This document shows, piece after piece, positions 10,499-21,410 of a DNA stretch of 49,266 bases. A program made the translations under genes and the position numbers. Source of the DNA: Spirogloea muscicola (taxonomy: Eukaryota); NCBI GenBank assembly GCA_009602725.1, contig WELB01000015.1, positions 1,201,737 through 1,251,002 on the forward strand, read 5' to 3'. The notes below the pieces were generated by a model, which searched no databases, was not told the DNA's origin, and saw nothing but the letters and a program-made list of their open reading frames with translations. The stretch's first letter is position 1, and each line of letters opens with the position of its first letter.

Positions 10499-13400
10499 GC
10501 CATCGCAGCGAGCTGGGGCCGTCACACGCACAGGCGCGGTCCAGCGCCATGTCACGCCCGCCAAGCGGGCCCCACCTGAGGAGGACGTGGCCGCCGAGCT
10601 CGTCGCCGACGGCGGCGCCGGCGCCGGCGTCGGCTGCGGCGACGGCGATGGCGACGGCGGTGGCGAGGCCCCGGCCACGCCGCCATCGCCAGACCGCCAG
10701 CCGCTGCACGAGTGCGGCGACAGCGGCCAGGGGCTGGGCCTGCGGTGCGCAACGCTGGCGGCAGCCATGGACGCGGCGGCCGCCGTCGCCGCGACGCGGC
10801 GCTCCTTCCGGCACCGCGTCAAGAAGCTGCGCGTGGAGCCGGGCGAGGAGCCGGAGAAGCGGCCGAGGCCACCGGCCCCCAAAGCCGATGCACAGCGGCC
10901 GTTTGCCAGGCCGGCGTCCTCCGCCATGGTCTGCCGGCCGCCCAAGAAGCGCGCCCTGGAGCCGCTGCGGGCACCGCTGCCGGCGGCATGGCCTCCCGCC
11001 CCGGCTCCGGCACGCTATCTGCCGCCTCTGTGGGATGGGCCGCTGACGCCGTTTGACACGCCCGAGTACAAGTACGTCCTGGCGCTCAGCGCCTTCAACA
11101 GCGATCACCCGAGCACCGCCAGTGCTCTGCGCGCTACGGCGGTCTTAGAGCCGGCCATGCCCGGGCCGGCTATGGCGGCCCTCCGGCCGTCTGCTCTGAA
11201 TACGGATGCAGAGATGCTGGAGGCAGATGCGGCGACGTCGAAGCCCGCCACGCCGCCAGAGTCGCCCCAGACTCAGGCGCTACGGAGCGCCCGCGCGGAG
11301 CTGGCGGAGGCGGAGGTGGCAATGCTTCCGTCGGCAACGGCCAACCTTGTCGGGCTGGCTGACATCCGGCAGCCGTCGGGTGGAGCAGCGGCGGCGGGCC
11401 GCGAGAGGCAGCATCAGCTGCGCACGGTGCTTTCGCCGCCGTCGGCGGCGGCCGCAGCAGGCCACCGGCTGGAGGAGTTTGAGGTCGGCGATCTGGTGTG
11501 GGCGAGGTCGGGCCAGAAGCACGACCCCTTTTGGCCAGCGCGCGTCGTCGACCCCCTCACTGATGCGCCGGACGGCGTGCGGGCCTTAGCCAGCCCCGGC
11601 GCCCTCTGCGTCGTCTTCTTCGGGCCGCCTGCCGTCAAGAAGCACAAGCGGGTGAGGACAGCAGCATCTGATCTGTCAGTACCCATTATGACTGTGCATC
11701 TCTGGTTGCGGTTAGAGTACTAATTGATTGCGATGATTGCGCTGCTGTTGCGGCAGGACTATGCGTGGGTGAAGCAGGGCATGATCGTCCCATTCCTGGA
11801 CTACTTGGCCTGGTACACCCGCTGCCTCATGTCATCGTCCAGTCAAGGTCCCCGGTTAGAGCTGACAGCTTAGCCATTGTCACCCCGTGACTGTTGCTTG
11901 TCTTTGATGTCTAGCTGCAGTGTGAAGCTTTTGGTTTGCATGCGGCTGATGAATGTGCTTGTTTGCTTCTGCAGCTTCCAAGGCCAGGCGCTGATGAGCA
12001 AGCAACGACCAGGCGACTGCCGGCTGGCTGTGGAGGAGGCGCTGCTGGAGGATGCTGGCGAGTGCGCCAGCGATGAGGCGGCATCCCTGCCACCAGCTCG
12101 AGCCACGGCCATCTCTGCTGAGCTTGTCGGCAAGGGGGCTCCTGCATCGGAAGGAGACGTGCCAGCCATCAAACAGGTGCACCAGAAACATAGTGATGGT
12201 CTTGATCAAGCATAGCTGGACTGCGTCCATGGATGAGGCAAGCAAGTTATCATGACAGAATCTTATTCTGAGTTGGAGGTGTTGTTGCTCTCAATTGGAC
12301 TTCTGGAGCTTGCTCTATCTTTATCGTTTTGCTGCCTTGAATAATGCACGCAGGAAGCACACATCCTATGCGGGGGCTGTGGTCAGGTTCTCCCTCCAAC
12401 GATCATCGCGCAGGCCAAGAAAAAGGCGGCGAGCGTCCACACCAGCCTAGTCTGCAAGTCGTGCGCAAAAGTAAGCGGCAGTGCAGCTGGCCTGAACGAC
12501 TTCCTCTGCTGTGCTGGTGTTACGCTTGTTGTATTTCTCCAGATCCGTGGGTGGCAAGCCTGTGGTGTCTGGTGGAACGTCAGACCCAAATGACATGCTG
12601 CCTATGCAGCTGCATATTGTAGACTGACTGCCTCGTCGAGGCTGACTTGGCTCTCGACCCTGTTGCTGCTGCAGCTCTACAAGTCGAAGCAGTACTGCGG
12701 CGTCTGCAAGAAGGTGTGGCTGCCGAATGAGAAGGGCGATTGGGTAAGGGCACAAAGCACAACATTATGTATAGCGAACACCAAGCAGCCTCACACTGCA
12801 TGCTTGATTTAACATCTGCTTTACTATTGGTCAGAGCAGCATGTTCAATACATACTTTTCATGATAAAATGCACTTGCTTAGGTACATGCTGACAAGCCT
12901 GCACACGTGATATGTCAGGTGGCATGTGACGGCTGCAGCATCTGGGTGCACGCGTCCTGCGAGAAACTCAACAACCATAGGCTACAGGTAGCTGGGTGTT
13001 GTCAATTTCGTGATTGGACATTTATGTACTGGGCTCGATGGGGCTTCCTAGGATTTAGCACAAGTAGCAGTGCTGCTGCAAGCACGCGCAGATTGTGTAT
13101 CTTGAGAAGGCCCTGATGAGGCCCTGTGATGACTTAGAGCTGCACTTACAGGGCCCCTCTTCCGAAGTAATGCAGGACTTGAAGAACGGCGCAGCATACT
13201 TCTGCCCAGAATGCCAGCTGCAGAGAGCAGCCAAGGCCTCCTCTGCCTTAAAGAAGGCCCCCAGTGCCAGGTATCATCTTAACACTGTCAATCTACTTGC
13301 TCCATGGTGTAGACAGGTCTTCACCTCATATCAAGTCACTTTGAAAAGCTTCGCTGAAAAGTTCCTCCTTTGAGTTTCTACTGTTGGGACATGGTGCCAT

Positions 13401-16400
13401 CCTCTTCAGGAACGGCGACATTGCGCACAGCAAGTTGGCCACAATAAAAGTCAAGTGCGAGCGATTGTTTGGAGAATACGTGCCTTCGCTGCACAGGTCA
13501 GAGTGCCAGCCAAAAGAGCTTGTGAAGGCAGCCTTAGAGCCACTGTATCAGCTAGAATGTACTTGGCAGCTGACTAGACTTCTCAGCAAGCATAAGACTT
13601 GATTCATTGTGGTCAAGCTGTTTCATGCACCATAGGCAGTGTCTGCAGCGAGCTTGAAGTCTTGATTTCAGACAAGAGTTGTTGTCAATTAGCTTGTAGT
13701 TGTCAAACTCCGCACACATCGATCAATACTTGAAAACGTGTCATAGTATGACATCGTAAGAACAATCACAGAAGAAGGATATAGTGGGTTCATCTTTTCC
13801 GATTTGTTGACGAGACCTATGGTGCCAAGTGCTGCAGAGTCAGGTGCCACTGCAGGGAGTGCAAGGGGGCACGGGAAGTCAGCCTGTCTGAATTCGAGAG
13901 CCACGCAGGATCTCGGAAAAAGAAGTGGAAGGAGAGCGTCATGGTCGTCAGCAGCCAGCAACACCTCGTCTTATGGGTTCGTCTACTACCATCTACTGCA
14001 CCGGTCTTCTGCTTTTCAAGTCGTGCTCTAAGCTTTTCTGTTGCGTATTATGATCCGGACCTGGAGTGTCCGATTTGCATCAATCCACCAGGCAAGTAAT
14101 AACTCTGCAGTGCCATCAGATCTGCTGATGCAGCAGATTGTATCTCAAGGGCTTTGCACATCCACAGTTGACAAAGATTGAGGAGCAGCATATTGGTCTT
14201 TGATGCAGCTCACAGCAACGCAGAGCTCAGGGACTTGCCGCTTAGCCTACTTTGAGGAGAAGCCGCCTGCATCGAAGTCAAGCTCCAGGGACCACTCTGC
14301 TTCCAGTGATAGTAAGCTGAAGCCTGAAACATCATGGGTCAAGAGGCAGCTGAAATATCATGGGTCAAGAGGCAGCTGAACATCATAAGTGACATCATAA
14401 GTGGAGTAGTACATATTTCTAGATACTTCTGATGTACATGAGACACACAAGGTTATATCACTGCCTGCACTCAAAAGAACAAAACCTTGCAGCATCAACA
14501 ACATGGCATTTGAATGCTTGCAGTTGGATTCGAGCCCTTGGAGCTGACGTGGACGTCAGAGCGGTGCGCGGTCTGCCATCGCGAGGACGACCACCACGAG
14601 AATCAGTTTATGTTGTGCGACAGGTACATGCTACACATCTTCAGCTCTTTGGTTGCCGGTGCTTCAAGCTTGTTGCTTGGATGTGCGAAGAGACCAAAAC
14701 AACGCAACCCACTCTGCTTGTTTGTAGGAGATGGCACAGGAGGTGCTTGTCATAAGGTAGTCTTTAAAATTGTGCATCTTGTACACGAGATGAGCTGTGC
14801 AGATGCCAGGTGGCGGTGCACGAGATGTGCTATGGTGTGAGAGCTGCTGGCAGAGTGGGGTCCTGGGTGTGCCGTGCGTGCGAGGAACCCAGTGACGAGC
14901 TGCAGTGCTGCCTTTGCCCCATCAAAGGTCAGAAAGCTCAAGCTTCTCCCACGAGCACTTGCACGAGTAGAAGAGTGCTCACGATCCAGCAATCTTTTAC
15001 ACCAGTGCTGTTTTGACTGGCTCCGCTGCTGGAATGTGTTGCAGGAGGGGCCCTGAAGCCGAGCACGGTGAAGGGAGTTTGGGCCCATGTCACGTGCGCG
15101 TGGTGGGTGCCCGGCGTTATCATCCCAGACGGTGCCCGCATGGAGCCTATAGCCGGGCTGCGCAACGTCAACGCAGAGCGCTTCAAGCTGGTGAGCTCTA
15201 CTCCTGGAAATACAGCCCCAAGGTCTGCTGTCCCTCTGGATCCTGAGTGCTGCTTGCATTATGCTAAGCACAAAGACGTCTGAGCCCACACTCGCACCTT
15301 CTCTTTCAGAGGTCACAGCTTGTCTTCCTTATCCTTCATCAAATCAGTCCTTTGCATACTTGAAGGCAGGCATCATGGTAGGGCAAGGCATTCAGATGGC
15401 ATCTGGTTAATGTGTATGTATCGTTTTGCCCGTGTTTTGGCAGAGGTGCATGGTTTGCCGGCAGCCCCATGGGGCATGTATCCAGTGCGACGAACCGGGC
15501 TGCATGGCCTCCTACCATCCAATGTGTGCATTCAAGGCCGGATTTACCTTGGAGGTGAGAGGCTTGCCTTTATCACTGGATTGAATACGGATCCTGAATG
15601 ACGAGCCAGTCTCCATCTCGGGTGTCTTTGCCATGCAGCAGCTTGTGGTAGGCTTGCTGTGTTGTGCAGACCAGTGGAGAGTATGACAGTGTCACAGCAA
15701 CTTCGACTTATGTGTCGCAGATGTCCACTAGCTCCCTGGCATCCAAGAACGGGGAAACAGGGCTGCAACTCCGCTCGTATTGCGGAAAGCACAGGTACAT
15801 GCTCCAAATTAGAGCCTGCCCATTGTTGGCCAAAGCTTGCTGATAGCTAGGCTGTACGAGCTCTATGACTTGTTAACAAGTCATGATTCAGGACTTTCTT
15901 AAGTTAGGGTTTAATGTCAACAAGTCTAGCATGTAGCGACTTGAGACAGAGAGTGATGTGTATGCATGAAGCAGAAGAATTCATGTCTTGTACCACACAT
16001 ACTAATCAGCTATGTGCTGTTTGCCTGCCCCCAATAAGCAGAGCTCCCAATCAGGAGCTTGCTGTTATTGCGCCGGCAGCAGAGGCGGCATACCAGAAGC
16101 TGCGTGCGCGGCGAGCCCCCAGGCGCATTACTCTTGAAAAGGTGACATCGATGGAGCACCCGCTTGAGGAGATCCTGGACAACGCCGCTGTTGTCCCGGC
16201 GGTGATCCTGGATGACGACCTTGCGCTTGCTGCCCGATGCCAGCCATACGCTCCTTTCACCAGGGAGGTCAAGCTGCAGGTAAGTGGTAGCATCCGCAAT
16301 GTACTTACCGCTTGGGCAAGCTTCAACTTTCTGTGTTTACAGTCTTTCTGTGACGCTTGCTGTCTGTCTTGGTCCCCTTCCAGGGCTATCAGTATTATCT

Positions 16401-18056
16401 AGGTTGAAGTGACATGAAGCTCTCCAGTTTGCTGTGAGCCCAGCCATTGTTGTTCAATAGCCCTTTGCCGGGCTTATGTAGGGCTCTGGTGGGGCAGTGA
16501 TCTCGGCATGTTGACTGACCCAATAGCTGCTCGATGTTGACGAGGGTACCCAGGGGCCAAAGAAGCAAGCAGTGCCACACTGGGTGGGGGGCTTTGTGCA
16601 TCATTCGCTTGAGAGCCTGCACAGGATGCGGGTGAGGATATTTGAGCTGCAATAACCCCCAATACCTTCAAACTATATCTTACATGTCATAATTTGTCTC
16701 TGCTCCACAATGTGGACATGTAGCACATACCTGATGCATGATATCAATTGCTGCTCTTACTCTATTTGTCTTTGCAGGTGTTTCCGCAGCCAGACTCCGG
16801 TCAACGATACTCGCTGCAGGAGCGGGTTGCCTTTGTACAGGTGAACAACAAACCCTCTGTTCATCTTGGAGTGATGAAACTCGGAAACTTGGAACTGGCA
16901 GGAGAGAATGAGATGACTATCTAATCAATCGCTACAATCTTATGATCGTGGGCTTCTTCTCTGCAGAGGACAGCAATGACCAGGGCCTGCATTGGGAAGT
17001 CGGCCATCCACGGGTGGGGCCTTATGGCACGGCGCGCTCTCAGAGAGGGCGAATGGGTAGGAGACCCACCCTGTCTCATTGATCCAGTGACAAGTGTCCT
17101 CCTGCAGTGGCAAGCACCGTGCTGACGATGTGGATGAAATCGGTCCTGCCAACCTCTTCCACCCCCAACTGTGGCCCTAGTAGAGCAACTGACGAGTGCA
17201 ACGTGGGGCTGTGCAGGTTATTGATTATCGTGGGGAGGCGGTGAGAAGGAGCATTGCGGACCTGCGAGAGCGACGCTATGCTGCAGTTGGCAAGGACTGC
17301 TACGTAAGCCATCATGGCAGCCTTTTTGTACTTGCTATTATCAATCCTGGCAAGCAGCAGAAGGTTGTCAGGAGCGTTGAGGCACTGTCTTGAAGTTCAA
17401 GTCAAACACATAGCTTAGATCAAATGTCAGGATTCAGCTCTAAGCCATCAGCTGATGTGAAGGATGCGAACGTGCAGAGTACTGATTTTATCTCTTTGCT
17501 TCTTCAGCTGTTCAAAATGGACGAGGAGAAGGTGATTGACGCGACAATGCAGGGAAACATTGCGCGGCTCATCAACCACTCGGTACACGCTGCTTCTTGT
17601 TGTCATGCCGTTTGATTGTCTAGTCTTCATGAGGACTACTATCTCACAGGCCACTCCCTTAAGAAGTGGAAGATATGTGGAGGTTATTGAGCAACTTGGT
17701 CTGATGCTGCGTCGTTCCATATTTGCTGGCAGTGCTCCCCGAATTGCCATGCGAAGATCCTGGACGTGGACGGTGTGAGCAGCATTGTCCTCATCACACG
17801 CAAGGATGTGGCGGTCGGCGACGAGCTCACGTGAGAGTGCCGGGCACCCTCCCTCCGCCCAGCCTCACACTACACACACAAACCCCTCTCCTTCACCCTC
17901 GCCTCGACAGTCCGACCAAGGCCGCTGCCGGAGGGTGCTGACGGAGATGCGACGGGCTGGCGTGGCGGCCGCAGATACGACTACCGGTTTGCACCGGAGG
18001 ACAAGAAGGTGCCGTGCCTGTGCGGCGCGCCGACGTGCCGCCGCTTCATGAACTGA
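10499..18056 (+). CDS. Trithorax-like histone H3K4 methyltransferase, ATX3/ATX4/ATX5 type (PWWP, PHD, PHD, extended PHD, SET, post-SET); frame open back to the N at 10498
   Basis: [95 protein letters not shown]. Extended [65 protein letters not shown]. Post-[18 protein letters not shown] (TGA 18054-18056). Confidence 0.93.
14324..14403. repeat. Small intronic tandem duplications (26 bp x2 plus 12 bp x2)
   Basis: ctgaaa(c/t)atcatgggtcaagaggcag occurs twice, followed by acatcataagtg twice. Confidence 0.8.
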
Positions 18057-18261
18057 CTGGAGAAGCCGGAGGGCGGCGAGGGAGCGCGACTCGGGCTGCC
18101 GCTGCGGTGGTGAGACAGCCATGGCCTGGGCCCTGGGGGGGCTGGGGACCAGGGTTCAGGGCTTAGGCCAGGGTTGGGCGAAGGGGAGCTGGGTGCTTTG
18201 TGGGCGCCCACCAAACAGCCTCCCCCCCCCCAGCCCCCCCCTGCTCTCCTCCTCTGCCGCC

Positions 18262-21200
18262 ATGGCGGGCGAGCCCGCCACCGGCGGCGGCGGCGCGGAT
18301 GGAGGGCAGGGCGCGGGGCTGCCGCTGCGCCTTGCCCAGGCGTGGGCTGCGGCTGCGACGGCCGTGCTGCGGCGCGGCTCCACGGCCGGCGCAGCCGGCG
18401 GTGCTGACACCATTGCCGCCAATGCCGCAGCCGCTGCCGCTGCCGAGGACCCGGGCTGCGGGGTGTGGCCTCCGTGGTGCACGCCGCCGTCGACTGCCCC
18501 GCCGCCGGTCGAACTGCTGCCGGCGCAGCAGCGGGCACCGTCGTCGCCTGTGCCCATGCGGACCCGGCGGCTCCAGCGCAAGTTGTCGCGGCTTGCCGCT
18601 GCGCAGGAGTAAGCTGCTCACTGCCGGCCGCGGACCTCGTCGCCGTCAGTCGCTTCCTTGTGTCCGCAGGCACTGAGGGCCTGCCAGCGCCGCCGCTGCC
18701 TTTGGCAGGCACATGCGTGTGGGCGTGGCTGTGCTGCACTTGGGCACTGGCGAGGAGGCCGGCGTGGCCGCCAGCTCCAAGTTCCCGCTCGCCTCCGTCG
18801 TGAAGCTCCATCTGCTCGTGGCCGCTGCACAGCAGGCGCAGGCAAGGCCGCTGCCGCCATCACAGCCTCCGTTGTCTCCGCATCCGTTACCGAACCAGAG
18901 CATTGCTTGCCCGAAGAGCTCTTGCCTCCAGCAAGCGACAACAACAGTCGGGCTGCCAACATTCCCTTCAGTAGCATCAGTGGGTGGCTTTGGGCTTGTG
19001 ACCAAGGGCTGCAGAATCGATTTCGTGGTCAACAAAAATCACCATTTCAGACCCTCGAGTTGCGCCGTCAACCGCCACCATTACGGGTGTCATGTGGTGC
19101 AGGAGGGCACGCTGAGCCTCGAGGACCCCGTCTGCATGGACGAAGCCGACAAGTGCATTGGCAGCGGCGTCCTGCGTGCCCTGCCTAGGCACGTCGCTGC
19201 GCCGTGCCCCTCGCAGCGGTGCTCCCTTGGTGGTCGCTCTGCTGAGCGCGAGTGACAAAATCCAGTCGAGTGAAAGGTGGTGATTGGTTATAGTTGAAAA
19301 CTTTTACTTTCATCCGACTTCACTAACTGGAAGACAGACAGACACTCATGCTGTTACAAGCAATACGGTGCTGCTCCAGTGGCACGTGCGTCCCGTTACG
19401 GGAGTGCCTGCGCCTGATGACCGTCATCTCTGACAACACTGCCGCTGACCTGGTAAGTGTCTCAAGGTTAGCTTAATAGTTTGTTGAAAGGTCACCGAGC
19501 AGAGCATCATTGAAGTGCCTTTCCTTCACAACCGGCAAACAGTTGTATCCTGCACCAACATTGCATCAGATGCTTGTTGGTCGATGAGTGGACGGCTTGT
19601 GCTTTGGCAGATCCTGCGTGCTGTCACACTGAGCAGAGTGGGTGGTCTTGTGCAACTATTGGGGTTGCAGCAGACCGCAGTTGAGCTGTCCCAACGACAG
19701 GTGAAGCAGAGGGCCTAAGTCCTGGAGCCTTAGGTCTTAGGGTTGAGGGCTTAGGGATGCTCTCACTTTCTTTCCACTAAGCCTGAGAATCGACGCTGTG
19801 CTGACAGAATGTGAGTGCCTGTTCAATTGGAAGCTTGTGGATGAATGGCCCGAAAGCTTATGTTGAGCTGACGCATCGTGAGTGCTTGATCTGACTGAAG
19901 CTTTTAGACTTGTAATTTGCAAAGGGTGCCTGTGCTCCCCATGCATGTGCAGGCGTATCTCATGGCACTTGGGAGGGCACCATCGATGTTTGGCCAGTCG
20001 TCGCAGCAGATTGCTGCAAGGTGCAATGCCTTGTCAGCTTCATCCTGCGCAATGAGCACACTGCAGCAGAGGGTTTGCAGCACAAACTTCTCAACAGAAG
20101 CAGATTGCATTGTGCAGGTCCAATAGCTCGCAATGATGCTGTTATGAGCTCTGGTTCACGGTCAATGTCACCAGCTTGAGCACTGCTGTAGTGAACCCCG
20201 ATGTCAGACCCAGCTCCTGCCTTTGATGCAGGTGGCAAAGCTTGAGCTCTAGTCAGCGCCGTGACGTCGCAGTGGCGACAGAGGATGCCAACAGAGGCCT
20301 TCCCCTTGTGGGCCTGCACGCTCTCGAGTGCCAATCTGAAGCAGCATTCATGGTCAGTACCAATTCCGTCTCGCCTCCCAAGCCGTTCTCTTGCAAACGT
20401 TCACACGCATGCATTTACAGCAAGATGGCTTCAAGTCACACTCTCAATATTGCGATTAGTCACATCAGAAATTGTTGACTGACATAGTTGCAAGCTTGGC
20501 AGGCAAACGGGGGAGCGGACTACAAGCAGGACCGTGAGTGTGCTGCAGCTGTTGACAATTATGGCTCCCCTCGGGACACAGTGCGCCTGCTGGCAGCCAT
20601 GGCGCAGGGGCCTTTACTGCTGCCGCACTTGAGGGCCGTGTGCTTTCTGTTCCTCTCCCAGCAGGTATTCCTATCTCTTCTGCCAAGAACTGCATAGGCA
20701 AGCAATGCTACAACGTAGCACGTCTCGTTATAGAGTGACGCCTATAGAGGATTTGTGCAGTCGTGCGCAGCGTACCATCTGTGATCTTGTTTGTGTCCAC
20801 TGTCATAGCAATTCGGCCGCAGACGACTGCGTAGGCGCCTACCGCGAAGCGCCACTATATATCACAAGACTGGCACGTAAGAGTGCAGTGCCTCTTCTTT
20901 CGAAATTTGCAAAATTTGTCTATTCACCAGCAATTCTGCGTTAAGAAGCTGCACAGGTTGTGTGACTTATGCAGCTATTCGTGCATACAGGCACATCTGT
21001 TGATGGTCCTATTGTTGGTCTCTGGCAGCATACTTGGCGTCTGCAATGATGCTGGTATTATCAAGTTGGGCACGGAATACGACCAGGTGGCTGTTGCAGC
21101 ATTCATTGACAAGATCGACAGGGTGAGGCTGCTACAGCAATTTCTGCAAGATTTGCGCAGCTGTTGGGCATTGGTCAGATCGATGTGTTGAGTGCACTCT

Positions 21201-21410
21201 CACAAGTCCAGGTGTCTTGGTTGTGTTCGGACATCCTACCAGCTTCATATGCCTATGTTTACAGCTGACTGAAGTGTTTGATTGAATAATCACATTTATT
21301 CCCAACTCTGCTTGCAGAATCACGAAAAAGAAGCAGAAGTGGTCCTGGCTCAAATTGGCAGGCTCGTCTGTTGCACTTATATGCGCCGATGGATATGGTC
21401 AAACCGATGA
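18262..21410 (+). CDS. Class A beta-lactamase / penicillin-binding serine hydrolase family protein, 11 exons, 444 aa
   Basis: Exons 18262-18608, 18709-18841, 19103-19188, 19380-19452, 19611-19700, 19953-20020, 20232-20352, 20503-20664, 20809-20876, 21029-21122 and 21318-21410 join in frame (1335 nt). Motifs: RVGVAVLHLGTGE..FPLASVVK (SxxK), GTLSLEDPV..DKCIGSGVL, LMTVISDNTAAD (SDN), DNYGSPRD, YHKTGT..VCNDAGII (KTG) and C-terminal helix EAEVVLAQIGRLV. The start has a strong Kozak-like gccgccATGG. Confidence 0.9.

Noticed and set aside
14080..14100. Extra GC donor (CAG|GCAAGT) in ATX
   Set aside because: The flanking exons join in frame without it, so it is probably an intronic decoy.
18262..21410. 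Bacterial contamination as the source of the beta-lactamase-like sequence
   Set aside because: It has ten spliceosomal introns, lies on gap-free sequence continuous with the ATX and HMA genes, and shares their composition and intronic telomere-like tract.
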